Positions 1 through 13,300 of a stretch of DNA of 64,000 bases are shown piece by piece (within the stretch, counting starts at the first letter, position 1; every line of letters starts with the position of its first letter). The position numbers and the translations under genes were made by a program. The notes beneath the pieces are model-generated. The model ran no database searches. It saw only the letters and a program-made list of their open reading frames with translations, and was not told the origin of the DNA. The DNA is from Eledone cirrhosa (lineage: Eukaryota), in contig OZ024743.1 of assembly GCA_964016885.1 (NCBI GenBank), positions 234,856,001-234,920,000 on the forward strand, in the 5' to 3' direction.

Positions 1-513
1 AGGGGGGTGTTCCGAGGCCATAGTATCTAGAATAAGGACGGGTTGGAAGAAGTTTAGGGAACTGCTTCTGCTGACGAAGAAGGGTTTCTCCCTGTGTACG
101 AAAGGCCGGTTATATGATGCCTGTGTGAGGAGCGCGATGCTGCATGGTAGAGAGACTTGGGCAGCAACTGCAGAGGATATGAGACGGCTGGAGAGAAATG
201 AGGCAAGCATATTCCGTTGGATGTGTTGAGAGGGATAGAATGTAGTGTGCGAGAGAGGAGACTGCAGTGGTATGGACATGTGATGCGCATGGAGGATGAC
301 CGATGGGTGAAGAAGTGCCAGGAAATGCCAGTTGAAGGAAGACATAGTAGAGGTAGACCACGAAAAATATGGGCGGAGGCAGTGAGAACAGACCTCAGAT
401 TGCTGAAGCTCACAGTGGAGATGACGAAGGACCGTGACAAGTGGAGAGATGCTGAATAAGACCCGTCCCACCCTTGCAAGCAGGGAAAAGCGGCCGTAAA
501 ATGATGATGATGA
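1..513 (+). mobile_element. RTE-clade LINE, 3' end (degraded RT C-terminus plus (ATG)n tail)
   Basis: Frameshifted translation gives GWKKFREL...LYDACVRSAMLHG..TW and RLQWYGHVMRM...RGRPRKIW. Ends in cccgtcccacccttgcaagcagggaaaagcggccgtaaaatgatgatg. Confidence 0.9.
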
Positions 514-759
514 TATATATATATACACATACATATATAATAGTACATTATTTTTTTTTTCCCTTTGAAATGCCTTCTTTCTAATGTAAAACTTCAAGCA
601 ATGGTTAATTTTAATAAAATATATATGCATAAATTATATTTAAGTCGGTATTATTATATATAATGTTGGTACTATTTTTATGTTTTGTTGACTTCTATCT
701 CTTGTAACTGGGCTAGGTTATCTTACAACATTTAGTGTCAAAGTGATCATTTTGGAGCC

Positions 760-945
760 ACAATAAAAGGCACCCAGTACACACTGTAAATGTGGTTAGT
801 GTTAGGAAAGGCATCCAGCTATAGAAACCAAACCAGAAACAGTTCTATATGAGCAAGACACGGTCACCTGACCCGACTTGCCTCAGATGGGACAACCCCT
901 CTAACCGATGCTAGCTTGGCGAATAGACGTTAAACGAGGATGATG
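760..945 (+). mobile_element. SINE family C fragment, (GAT)n-tailed
   Basis: gcacccagtacacactgtaaatgtggttagtgttaggaaaggcatccagct...gacgttaaacgaggatgatg. Approximate other copies: 2663-3010(-), 16050-16412(+), 22206-22455(-), 53400-53660(+), 55700-55862(+), 58620-58958(+), 61463-61942(-), 62757-63010(-). Confidence 0.75.
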
Positions 946-1459
946 AATAAAAAATAAATTAGTTGTAAGCACAAAAATGATCTGGCTCACAAATATTGGA
1001 ATAAAAATATAAGAAATGTTGACAACAATTCTTTGACTTTTGACTGAACTTATGATGGTGTATTGGTAGTTGTTAGAACATCATATAGAATGCTTTGTGG
1101 TATTCATTCCGACCCTCTGCTCTCTGAGTTCATATCCCACTGAGTCAACTTAGCCTTTCATCTATTCAAGATCAATAAAAAAAGTACCAGTCTAGTACTG
1201 GGATCAATTCTTCCTCTATATCTTTTGCTTACTATCTATCCTTCAATGGAAGAAATCTGCTGTTGACAGGCTTGGAGAAAGATGGGCTCCGCCAGGCTTA
1301 AAATGCCCTCAAAATGCTGTATTCACTATAGCACCCTTACGACTCCATAAGGAGTTACGGGACCATACCATACCAATTATGATCCTCTGACCTTTAACAT
1401 AAATTAATTAGTTAATTTACATTTACCTTGAATTTTCTAGAAATAGCTCTGCATATATT

Positions 1460-1660
1460 TACCATATATACCTGAATATAAGCTGACCCCGCCCCATTTT
1501 ATGTCTGAGAAAAGGGTAAAATCCAAACCTCATTTATAAGCCGAGGCAGCTAATCAACACATTATTTAGATGGTTTATATAAGTTGACCGCTCCCCACTC
1601 TATTTTACCATCGATTTTTTGGTCACATATTTCTTGGCTTATATTCGAGTATATACAGTA
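1460..1660. mobile_element. Tc1/mariner-pogo type MITE
   Basis: TIRs taccatatatacctgaatataagc / gcttatattcgagtatatacagta, TA-flanked. Homologous copies at 19366-19551 and 26865-27060. Confidence 0.75.
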
Positions 1661-1689
1661 ATAAGAAATTGCCATTAAAAAGACACTAA

Positions 1690-1791
<102 letters not shown>

Positions 1792-3502
1792 AAAATAACC
1801 ATTGTAATTACCTCAATTTCATTATAAACCATTCCTTGTCATTTTATATTTTTTTCATTCTATATTTTCCTCACTAATTCTTGTAATTAAACACATTTCT
1901 TACATGAAAGCTTGTAAAAATCTGAACTGAATAAATGCTTGAATTGTTGAGTAAATATTTGAATTAATTGTGTAAATTATTTCATATCTTCCATGTTATT
2001 GTTCTTTTATTCTAACAAAAATAAAATTCTTAAAAATGATTTTATTTTAGTCCAGTTATTTAGTTGATTTAGCACTGTATACAAGAGAGGAGGATAAAAA
2101 TAATCTAAAATTGGATGTGTGCAGACCTCCAAAATATTTTATGAGGGCTTACACAGCGCCAAGACACTGCCCAAGAAAACACACCCTCAACATAATGTTC
2201 TTACTACACATAACACACAGCAAAGACTATCACACTCTAGGTTACACCTCTTTAACTTTGTCAACTACTTGCCTATCAAGACCTTCACTTACAACACCTC
2301 AAAAGCAATTGAAACAGTTATAAACATCAACCTTTTTTATCTCCTTGAGTCTCTTTCAGTGACTACCAGATTGGTTTCTAAAAAGCCTGATCTACTGAAG
2401 ACTTGCTCTCCTACGTTACACATTTGTGCTCTCATTCTCAAAAATGTCAACAAAAGCAATATTACTCATGACATTTTGTCCTGTACAAAACCCTCCTTTC
2501 TAAATCACTCATATTTAAGGTTCATTTCACATTTCTTGAGTTACAAACTTTCTGTGAGACTAATCCATTGTAGCATGTGTTAACAAGGCTCTTTCAAGCT
2601 GAAATTCTATCATGATATGCCTCAATGTTTAGTTTTGTTTCTCCACATTCTTCATTTCTTGTTCATCATCATCACTGTTTAATGTCCATTTTTCTATGCT
2701 AGCATGGGTTAGATGAATAAGGTAAGATGACTCAGTCTTGCTCATACAGAACTGTTTCTTGCTTGGTTTCTACGGCTCGATGCCTTTCTTAATGCCAATC
2801 CTATTTACAATGTATACTGGGTGCCTTTTATCATGGCCCCCAAAACAACCACTTTACAGTGTCGACTGGGTGCTTTTTATCATGACACAAACACGACCAC
2901 TTTACAGTGTGAACTGGGCGCTGTTTGTCGTGACACCTATATGACCACTTCACAGTGTGAGCTGGACGCTTTTTGTCATGGTACCAAAACAACAACTTTA
3001 CAATGTGAACAGGGGGCTAGGGTGGGGTTGTAAGGATGTGGATGAAAGGTCGGGTGTTAGAGAGAGGGATAGGGGAAAATGGTGCATATACATGGAAAGG
3101 TGGGTTTTCTGTTTTACTGCCTAACGCCTAAGATCTCGATCCTGTGTCAGTTAATTCTAACAACACATGATATCATTTTTCATTCCTTAACCTTCTGCAC
3201 ATAGACACCCTCCTTGTATTTCAAGCCAGATTTGTAAACCTTTTATAAACAGAGCCCTCAAAAACATTCTGCAATGGGTACATGGCAACCATATCTTAAA
3301 TAGCACATAAACAACCACTAAATATATTGAGAAAATAATTTTACACTACAGCTTCTCTATACATGAACACACACTAAAAACTTAGTCACTACAAATACTA
3401 TAATTTCTGGCATCAGGTGACTAGGTTCCTTCTTCAGAGCCAAAAAGTACTTCAGTCCTGATCAATTGCTGCCTCTTTATAAAGCTCTAGAAAGAACCAT
3501 AC

Positions 3503-3720
3503 TGACCCTTTAGCATTTACATTACTATTGTATTTTTGTGGTAAAGGCTTTATGTCACATAATTATCTCATAATATCGAATCTACGAGATTTTGATGATG
3601 TTTTTTATTTTGAGAACAATACCTTAACGTTGGTATAACCAGCCAGTTATGGCTGGTTTGAATAAAAAGAGGTGAGAGAATTCTGGCTGGATATGACCGG
3701 TTTAAATGCTAATGGGTTAA
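3503..3720. mobile_element. TTAA-flanked (piggyBac/Kolobok-type) MITE
   Basis: Ends (tta)accctttagcatt...aatgctaatgggttaa. Copies at 5366-5435 (internally deleted), 33797-34395, 34582-34793 and 57032-57248. Confidence 0.75.
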
Positions 3721-6267
3721 ACTTTTGCTCACATATAAGGGATGCTGCTATATACACTAACATCTTAGATCATAAACAAAAGGTCATTTGACTGATTGGG
3801 CAAAGATACATTCACAAATCACTTTGCTTCTCTGAACCAGGTAAGTTGTGTAACATTTCCACCCAATGCACCTTTCTGTCTCCTGCTCTACACACTTCAA
3901 TATTTCCTCTTCAGAACTGGAATTTTTTTTACATGTCTGTTCATAGACTATCTTTCATTCTGTATTTCTCTCTCAAAAATAACAACTTTTCACTCCTTCC
4001 CTCCTCTTCTACACGTGTGATGGACAGAGGAAAAAACAGCGAAAATACTTATTTTGTAGATATGAAACAGTATTTTAAATAAATGTTATTGTTCAACAAT
4101 ATTCAAACTGTTCTTAATCGTCACTGAGAAAGTCAATCTAAACATTATCTAAAGGTAAATACACGATGAATAAATATTTTTACCGTTAGCATAGCATCAG
4201 GTAATAACCTAGTAATAATAAAAGTAATATCCAGTAACCTTTCAAGGAAACTCAACATAGGTCAGTCTGATTTACAAAAGCTGGTTTCTTTCTGCTTCAG
4301 TTCTGTTTCCAAAGTATGAATACTGCTTATACTAAAATACTTTGGATAAGAAGAGTATCCAGCTGTAGAAAACTTGCCAAATGAAGAGTTAGGAAGACTT
4401 CAATTGTGCCAGACATGACAACGTCCTAGTATTAGTGATCTACATGAAAATTGATCACCCAGTATACTCTGTAAAGGGCTTGGTTATAGGAAGGGCATAC
4501 AACCTTAGAAAACCTGCCAATCAAAGGGTTCGGAAGACTCTTCAGCTATGCCAAGAACATGGCAACTTCCTTACTGTTGGTACCACAATAAAATACAATC
4601 AGTAGAGTACGGGATTATATGTTAGGCTCCTGTCCCACTTGAGTACTGACTGGTCTATGATGACATGTCCAACTCTTACTGGCAGGGATAATGGACGTTA
4701 AATGATGATATCTGCTGTTGTGCATTCACAATACACATACTCTAGACCAGGTACGGACAACCTTTTTCGAGCAATAGGCTGCATGAGGCATGGCTCATTA
4801 TAAATCAAGCTGCACCACTAAAAAAATTCAAGGTAATTTTCAATTAGGTATATCATGTGCCTTAACCTGACTACAAAACCTCTTAAGATACCTTCTTTTT
4901 ACTGTCCCTCCCCACATGTTTTCCTTCAACCATGAAAACTGAATATAAATCCAATTCTCCATGTCTTGACCTAGAAGAGCTTAAAAACTAGAAACACTAC
5001 CCAACTTCTGACTTATTTCACATTTCGTTAGGTAAAAAAGAAATTTTAAACAGTATTTGATATTATGTGGAGAAGATTCCTGGTGTGTGAGACAAAATCT
5101 TAGAGTAGGTGTCATGATAAACAAGAGATAAAGATACAAAGAGTATCTAACATTGTAAAAGCACTGTGCAGGAAGAAGTAACGAAAGGGTTTAAAAAGCA
5201 AAACAATTTTAAACATTTATAATCAACATCACTATTGATATGGGTTTATGGAGAGAGAAATAAGTGACGAATAGAGAATTTTATTATAAATATTCTTAGA
5301 AAAATACATTCCACTTAAATTTAACAAATATATTTGAAACTGATAGTCATGAAGGAGTTTTGTAATTAACCCTTTAGCAGAAAGAGGTGAGAAAATTCTG
5401 GCCAGATATTGCCAGTTTAAATGCTAAAGGGTTAAGACAAAATACTGTAGGAAAAATGTAAGAAATGGTTGGCATTGATTGAGCATTCATCGTAAAAAGA
5501 TTTGAAGTTACCATGTAGTAATTCATTTTTTACCATTCCTAATTTATAATCTGTTTTACATTTATAAACAGTTCCAACATTCATTGATGGAGATTGAGCA
5601 AGGCATTAAACTTCAAGATACTGTCATGAGTTTAAATCTGTTGCGAGAATTTCATTGTGTTTCTAGGTTAGACACTATGCATGTCTGAAATAAGTATCAG
5701 GACATCTGGTAGCATTTTTAGGTTCCATTGCATACGAGCAAAAAGAAACGGAGAATGATTCTGTTGTTTTGTTTTCTTCCCAGTAATACACAGTCCACTT
5801 CTTACTTAAGCATATCTCTAACTCTTTAATCTACATGTAGCAAACCTATTTTCATTAACTGTTCTACAAATTTTTGTACTACACCATATGACTTTTCTCA
5901 TATTTCCCAATAAAATATTTACAAATTTCCTACTTTGAGCATATTCAGCCTTCATAATATTAAATATATTTTAACAATCGTCTGGGGGAATGCTTTTGCC
6001 ATCTTGTCTGTGGGGTGCATCACTCTTGCCCTAGGCCCAAAGCCTCCTCACCCCTGTGACACCAGAGCTCTTGCCATCCTCTCCCTTTCCCTTCTTTCTT
6101 TCTTTTCTATATTTCCATATATTCCTTCCTTTTGTTTCCCTTTTTTTTTTCTTTCTTACTAAATAAGGTTTGTTTTTTGCTTTTGAATAAATCTATTTAT
6201 CTATTTTAACAATACATTTTCAGATTAAAATACCTTGAAAATAAAAAAAAGGTATACAGGTATACAT

Positions 6268-9200
6268 TTACTGTGGGTCTAATACACAAATTCTTTTGGT
6301 GAGAACTTGTTTTGGAAAGAGGCTATCTTTTACCAGATCACTGAGTTCATTCAAGGCCAAATTTGTTTGTAATTTAACAGCTTCATTGTGTTCTTCAGAT
6401 TCAATGGATTTTAATAATTTATATAAATCCTTTAAAATGTCTTGTAGAAGAACAAAAGTGTCTTTTCCAAGTCCTTGTAACAACTGTGTAATGAGAAGAA
6501 CTGCAGCAGCTCGTACCTCAGCATTGCTGTCATGTTTTGCCAAACTGCTACAGCAAGAGAATATCTCATAAATAACATTGCCTAATGAAAAACGAAGAAG
6601 TTTACAAACTTCACCAAGGTTAGATATGCTGCTTGCACGCACCAAGAAATCATTGTCTTTTGCACCTTGCAAAAATGCACCAAGCAAAATATTTTTAAAT
6701 TTCACCACTGTTTCATTAAGCCCTCGTGTCACCTTTACAAGGCACTCTCCAAGTTTGATTTTCAACTCAGATGAAACAGCTTCACCATTGTGAATTTCTG
6801 ATTCTGGATCTTTGAATAATTCAATTATCCTTGGTACCACTTTATCAGGGAAACAATCAGCCAGGGAAGCCAGACCATTCACTGCAGAAAGATAGATATA
6901 GGAATCTGGGTGGGTCAGTTTTTCTTCAAAGACATGTAAAATAAGATCTTGTTTTCTGACAGCCTCTTTATTTCTATTCTGAATTAATTGACTCAATACA
7001 ATTAACCCATGACCCTGGACAGGAACTAATGAGTCATACGTATCTTTTAATGCTGCCTGCAGCTCAGAATAATGAGAATTCTTCTCTTCAGTGGAATTGT
7101 TGCTCGTCTTGAAATTATTAGCTTTAGCAAAATTTGATTGTAATGTATTATTTTCAGATAGACTGTTTTTCCTGTTTAAGTTATCCCCATCTTTGGCTGG
7201 TATTTCATTAATGTTGGGTGATATAGTGTTGGAATCTGACTGACACAAATGTTTCTCCTCAGTTTCTCTCCCAAGAAGTTCATCTAATGATTCATCATTA
7301 GAAAAGTTAGCTGTGGCTTTGTTTCCATATGATTCACTTGAAGAATCTTCAATAACATGTTTAAATTTTTGGTCTTTATTAGGAGATTGTACATTGTTTT
7401 TAGATTGTTCATTTGCTACCAAAATGGCTGAGTCCATATCAGGCCAAACTGCTCCATATGTAGCAATAGCAATACGCAAGCTAGAGGCCATTGCTTTAAT
7501 ACTTTGGTTATTTGTACTGGTTATCACATTCTGAAGAAGGGGGATAAATGTTCTCATACTATTTTGTTCTTCATTAGACATTTCCATGGCACCTGCCACA
7601 AGAGCTGTCAGTAGACCAAGGGACATGGTTAAGATCTCATTTGTAAAGATACATTCAAAGTCAAACTCATTCTCATTAGTTTTATGACAACTTTTAATTA
7701 AAGCAGCTTTGATGAATTCTAGTACATACTTTGTACTCCTTCCACTAGTAGAGCCCTGTTTCTCATAGATGGCTACTATGAAAGTGAGGGTTGTTAACTG
7801 ATGAAACACTTCATCAGATCCATCTGCAAAACTTTCCAAGTTGTTTTTGTCTAGATCTCCAGGAAATCCACTCTCGGGACTTACTTGTGAAGTTAAAGTT
7901 TGAGTAAGGTCTTGAAGCAAGTCTATAAATAAATTTTCTAATAATCTAGTGGGTTTTATCTTATCAAGCAAATCGATCAGATTATTGATCGTGTTTGAAT
8001 CTTCTGAAAAGAAATCATACTGTCCCATTTTGTTATTGTCAAAGACAACGCTAACAGTGTTGTTGTTCCCTACTGTAAAATCTAAAGAGACGTGCATTAA
8101 AGCGATTTTTAATTGGGGGTTTTTGTTTGTAGTTTTAAAAATAAAAGACTTCAAGCACATAACTGCTTTTTCTTTATCAAGAAATTTTAAATAAGTGAAT
8201 AAGAGTTCTTCTGATAACTTTTTAACGTCAATGGGTGCATCGTTCCAACAAAATAAACAGAAAATAACATGAATAAACTGTTTCAGGCTGGTTAATAAAT
8301 AAGAATGTGGTTCACAACCAAGAACGAAGAGTTTGTGGCAGTTATGTAAAGATTTGTTAAATTCACTCTCATTAATTACAGATGCACCTTGCAATGTTGT
8401 GTCTTTATGTAAATATTCAATACAGGTATAAAAAGGAGCAAAAATATTCCGTAAACAGTATTTTTCAAATATATCAGGTTGTTGTTTAGATACAAAACTA
8501 AGGGTGCAACAAGCGACACGCAAGAATTGTTGTGACATCTCCATATCATTGCAGTTAAGCAAAGCATTTACTTGAGGCAGTATTAAATTATAATAGTCAT
8601 CAACTTTTTCATTCAAAGACAGAACGTTAGCAATTACTTTTGAAATACCTTCACATATTTTATCCTCCTCAATTGGGTTCTTGGAATCTGTGACTGATGC
8701 ATCAAGCATGCCTTGAACAATATACAACACACCATTTGGCTTAAGGAGAATTTTTGTTAGATTTTGACTGCAGGCATTTTTTAGCCAATGGGGGGCTGGT
8801 GAAAAATTAGAAGTAGCAAATTTTATATCCAAATTGCTCTCATTTAGTTGTTTAAGAATTGTCGGTGTTGGAACACCTTCCAGAAATACAAGTTCTTTCA
8901 CCAAGGACGGTTGATAAGATCCATTGACAAGTTTTTCAAGAAATTTATGGCAAAATGCAATATCTTGGTCAGTAACAAGAAGATGATTTGAACATTTTTC
9001 ATGACTAGTCTTTACTGGATCACACGAGCCAGCAGAAACTGTATTTTTTACAGTTTCGACTGGCATTTTCGAAGAGAAAATATCACAAAAATTGATATCT
9101 CCAGATAACAAACTTTCTATTATATTATTAAAGGATAATTTTCTTAAATTGATTTCCTTTTCTGTTTCTGCCTGAGTGGGCTTCTGTGGAGGATATTTTT

Positions 9201-9852
9201 TGATTCCATAGCACAACTGGACTACAACAGCAAGACAATCTCCTAAATGACGCGACAACAATAAACTACCCAACGACGTTCGGCTGAGACAGACTGAAAA
9301 CACGCGAGCAACTAGTAATAATCTAAATTGCCTTTCTAATATTGATTTAGCCTCTGGCTTACAACATAACAACAATGAACCGTAATCCGATCTTTGTTGT
9401 AGTGGGAAGCCAACACCTTTAGCAAAATAAGGATAAACTCCGAGATAAATGATGAACTGTATCGTATTGCTGAACACTTTCTGTTGCTTGATGCTCAGTA
9501 TATCAGGAGGAGCAGCTTCTCTACTTTTTAGTTTTTCTTGTCCATCATTTCGAGAGAGATCATGAAGAATTAATAACATGGCTTCATTGAGAATAAGGCA
9601 CGTTGATGCAAATTTCCATTTCAGACTTGAATCAGACGAGAAATAATGCGATTGTCTCTTGGTATAAAATGTATATAAAGTTTGGAATTTGGCATCTTTA
9701 CTGAGTTTATGACAAAAATCTTCAAAACTATTTTCAAGTAGGAAATCCAGTTTGTCAAAGCTTGATGGCTCTTTATTTAAGATCTCCCATTTCCCAGGAG
9801 AAGTCAAAATCTCCATAGCTTCTATAGTTATCGGCAGCTGAGATGCCATCAT
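6268..9852 (-). CDS. TANGO6: Transport and Golgi organization protein 6 homolog (TANGO6/TMCO7/Rtp1 family), single coding exon, 1194 aa
   Basis: Uninterrupted ORF with family-type segments APPDILSIKQQK..IQFIIYLGVYPY, DSLVPVQGHGLIVL, HPDSYIYLSAVNGL, DFLVRASSISNLGEVC and EVRAAAVLLI. Recognised from memory. Confidence 0.9.
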   Translation of the reverse strand: MMASQLPITIEAMEILTSPGKWEILNKEPSSFDKLDFLLENSFEDFCHKLSKDAKFQTLYTFYTKRQSHYFSSDSSLKWKFASTCLILNEAMLLILHDLSRNDGQEKLKSREAAPPDILSIKQQKVFSNTIQFIIYLGVYPYFAKGVGFPLQQRSDYGSLLLCCKPEAKSILERQFRLLLVARVFSVCLSRTSLGSLLLSRHLGDCLAVVVQLCYGIKKYPPQKPTQAETEKEINLRKLSFNNIIESLLSGDINFCDIFSSKMPVETVKNTVSAGSCDPVKTSHEKCSNHLLVTDQDIAFCHKFLEKLVNGSYQPSLVKELVFLEGVPTPTILKQLNESNLDIKFATSNFSPAPHWLKNACSQNLTKILLKPNGVLYIVQGMLDASVTDSKNPIEEDKICEGISKVIANVLSLNEKVDDYYNLILPQVNALLNCNDMEMSQQFLRVACCTLSFVSKQQPDIFEKYCLRNIFAPFYTCIEYLHKDTTLQGASVINESEFNKSLHNCHKLFVLGCEPHSYLLTSLKQFIHVIFCLFCWNDAPIDVKKLSEELLFTYLKFLDKEKAVMCLKSFIFKTTNKNPQLKIALMHVSLDFTVGNNNTVSVVFDNNKMGQYDFFSEDSNTINNLIDLLDKIKPTRLLENLFIDLLQDLTQTLTSQVSPESGFPGDLDKNNLESFADGSDEVFHQLTTLTFIVAIYEKQGSTSGRSTKYVLEFIKAALIKSCHKTNENEFDFECIFTNEILTMSLGLLTALVAGAMEMSNEEQNSMRTFIPLLQNVITSTNNQSIKAMASSLRIAIATYGAVWPDMDSAILVANEQSKNNVQSPNKDQKFKHVIEDSSSESYGNKATANFSNDESLDELLGRETEEKHLCQSDSNTISPNINEIPAKDGDNLNRKNSLSENNTLQSNFAKANNFKTSNNSTEEKNSHYSELQAALKDTYDSLVPVQGHGLIVLSQLIQNRNKEAVRKQDLILHVFEEKLTHPDSYIYLSAVNGLASLADCFPDKVVPRIIELFKDPESEIHNGEAVSSELKIKLGECLVKVTRGLNETVVKFKNILLGAFLQGAKDNDFLVRASSISNLGEVCKLLRFSLGNVIYEIFSCCSSLAKHDSNAEVRAAAVLLITQLLQGLGKDTFVLLQDILKDLYKLLKSIESEEHNEAVKLQTNLALNELSDLVKDSLFPKQVLTKRICVLDPQ

Positions 9853-10333
9853 GTTAATGATTCAATAAGAATAAAATGACAGGATATCAGGGAGAAATAC
9901 TTAGCAGACATAAAACGAACTGCACTAACCTTCCATGTTGATTGTGTAATATTTTGATTTCCTTTGACTGAAGAGTGTGAGGAGAAACAGTAAGACAAAA
10001 ATAGATAGGCTGGAGAAATAGAATGACTAACAGAAAGCAGAGGTAGCGAGATTAAACGGAATAGATAATACAGGGCGATGAGATAAAGCACGACAGAGAA
10101 AGAATCTAAGAGAAAGGTGTTGAGTGATATAGTAGAAATTAAAAGAATGAAAATGTGTGTCATTGATATCTTCGAATACGACAATTTAATAAGAGAGAGA
10201 GAGGGTGGGAGATAGCAAGATATCAGACTGATCTCCCTTGAGTATGAATCTTTCCAAAGAAGATACTAATTCCATTCTACTAAGGGTATTGTTGTAAGAA
10301 TCTGCGATTCTAAACCTTGTCTCCATTGACCAA
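9853..10333. promoter_or_regulatory. Probable bidirectional promoter/5'UTR region between TANGO6 and cactin
   Basis: Only 481 bp separate the divergent start codons. A - strand acceptor (tctcctcacactcttcag|, exon from 9967) suggests a TANGO6 5'UTR intron. Confidence 0.6.
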
Positions 10334-13300
10334 ATGGATGGCACCATACAGACCAAGGAACATCACAAAAGCATTTCTAAGAGTAGTTACCGACATAAAA
10401 GCAAAAAGAAGCATAAATCGTAAGAAAACTGCTTCTATAGCTGTCTTTTCTCGTGTTTTATATGGAAACAAATTCAACCAAAACAGTGTCTATAAATTTT
10501 AAGATTGCTCACACTTCGTATGTTAGGCCCCACATAACTATATCTTCTTCATGCTGAAGGAATCCCTCTGTTCACACTACGTATGTTAGGCTCCACATAA
10601 GTATATTTTCTTCGTGCTGAAGGCATCCATGTGAAATGTTCTGCCCACACTCGTGTTAGACCCCACCTAAATACGTGTTCTTCACTGAAGGCATCCTTGT
10701 GAAATTTTCTATACCCTTGTTTATAAACATTGTTAGATTTGCAGTAATTTCTTTTGGACTTGTATTTTAGTTGTCTTCTTAATCCTATTTAGTCCTTTCA
10801 CACATATCAACTAATCTTATTTAATCAACTGTTACATATCTGTTTATTTAATCCCTTCAACATCAACAGAGTTACGTATTTAGTTTTTCCACACATCAAC
10901 TAATTTAACTTTAACACATATACCTACTACATTATTTTAGCCTTATATTTGAACGTTTTGTTGGTCTAACATGAAAGACTTCACTGTTGATGTCTGGAAC
11001 TCATTGGTTACTCATTCTTTATCAGATGTGTTAAGAAACATTATGATAAATTGTTAATTCTGTACGTAAAATATTAAACTGACTAGCCAGTGAGGCGAGT
11101 AATCACCCACCAGTATGAGCATATTTAATCTCGTCTATCATATTGGTGAATTATACTTGTTCCTTACATAAATAACGTCTGATTTCGTTGGGCTAAGTTA
11201 GAAACCTCTACATGATCACTCGTCGTGCTAGAAATAGCAGCCAGATCTTTAACTCGACCTGTCTTAAAAGGTAGCACATTGGAGAACATACTCCTTGAAT
11301 CTAAAAAGATTGGATAGGCATGGCTTTGATCATGGGTATACTCGATACGGGCTGACGTTGGGTTCAACAACTAAAACAACAATGTTGATTATTTTTAAAC
11401 CTAGAAAGATATCCATTTCAGAATGTAAAGTTCTGTTGTTATTTTTGTTATACACACAGCTAGTAAAACTATTTAATTCTATAAATCAAACGAAGAAATG
11501 CTTTCTAAGAATAAGTTACAGGCAGTCAATATATCGTCATCATCATTTTCAATACTGACATAGATTGAATGGTTCTCACAGCATCTCACCACCCCTCAGT
11601 CCTTTGTCATCTAGCACTCAAAGCAATTGAGTCGCTTAATAATCCTTGTCCTTTCCTTCCTTTTCCTCGCATTTATAGTCCTTTGCAATGCTACTTTTTT
11701 GTTCTCTATGTTTGACTAAATATTATGTTTTTGGCATATCATTTTTTTATAGCTGAATGTCCTTCCTCTATATTATATATTTTCTCATTTGCAGCCACAC
11801 TACATCTGATTCTTCAGACACTTCAGAATCCCAACATCAGCATAAAAATATGAAGAAATCCAAACGCAAAAAGAAAAAAAGGACCCATTCTTCCTCTGAA
11901 AGCTCTTCTGATTCCAACACCGAACCTACTCTTGAACAACGGCTGAATGAATTTGATGCCAGGAAAATAGCTAGCATCGAAGAGTATCAAGCTGAAAAGA
12001 GGTCAGTTATTTGATGGATCTGTCAGCACTAACTTCCTCTGTATCTCAATCACTCTTATATTGGGACTGTTTTATGTCTGTTATAATTCTATCCAAAAAA
12101 TCTATTACACTGGGCTGGAGGGGATTCATTAATTTCAGCTTCATGACATAAATTAAATGAGAGATCAAGGATAGGATGCTAGTTTATTTCAGGGAACTTT
12201 ATTGAGAACTCAGTACTCATTTCTGACAATTGGATGAACTGTTGCATGCTGAAATAAATATCCTTCTTAACAAAGAAAAAATCCAAACAAACAAATGCTT
12301 GTATCAGACTTGAACTGACAATATGTGAGCAGATAGTTCAGTGCTTTATCTATTAAGCTATTTCTTCTTTGAAAATGAAAACATGTGAATGTTATTTGTT
12401 TGTTCCTTTTCTCACTGAAGACTTCATCATCATGTAGTTAAAGAGATGTCAGCTTGCTTGAACTCTATTATCTACAGATTTTTTTAATTTGGAAATAACA
12501 GTTACATGGGATAAGTTTACTAAATTAACTCAACCAACAATGTGACTTAGCTCACATTGAATTCAAACATTTCATCTCTACTTACACTATATAGCACAAT
12601 AATAACTCCCTAAAATTGTTCACACTGAATTCACTGTCTCTTTGTCACATCTTCCACTAAATAGTCTCTTTTTTGCCTAGCTGTCCAGTTTTTGTTTTTA
12701 TTTCATTCATTTTATTTAGAATACCAATATCTCCCCAAATTGTCACAAAGACAAGTTTGTATTTTTCTTATGTCAGCCTCTGTATCTTAAACACCAAAAT
12801 TAAAAAAAATTAAATAACTAGAAAAACATTTTGATTTTTCAGGAAGCTAAAAGAACTTCAGAAAGCTACTGAGACTCCTGAAGAAAAGCGAGCAAGAAGA
12901 CTTAGTAAGAAGGTACGAATGTTTTCTATCTTGTAGAATATGGAAGAAGGGCTCTGTGAGAAATGTCAGGATTAAAACTTTTATAACCAACTTTTCTTTT
13001 CATTTGTATGGCTTAATCTGGAAATAGATCTTTACTGGCCCTCTGAAACAATATGGCGGAAAAGAATTTTGGAGGACTAAAACTCTGGGGAGGGAGAATT
13101 GTCATTGAGTTTAATGCAGGGCTTGGAGTAGGGGCTAACAAGAAGAGGAGAAACAGGCCTGTCAGCTGAGCTGATGGAGCTGTTAGTTCAGAGGTGCAAA
13201 GGGATTGTTCAAGTAGCAATAGAATAGGTGAAGTGTGTTTGTGAGTGAATCTTGCCAATCAGTCAGATGGCCTTTAGTTGGACACAGTCTAGGATAGTTG

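Noticed and set aside
6296-8567. Short ORFs overlapping TANGO6
   Set aside because: Antisense or alternate-frame shadows of the real CDS, with no recognisable motifs.
10510-10712. Intronic snoRNA cluster
   Set aside because: No convincing C/D or H/ACA box arrangement; it looks like a simple three-copy tandem repeat.
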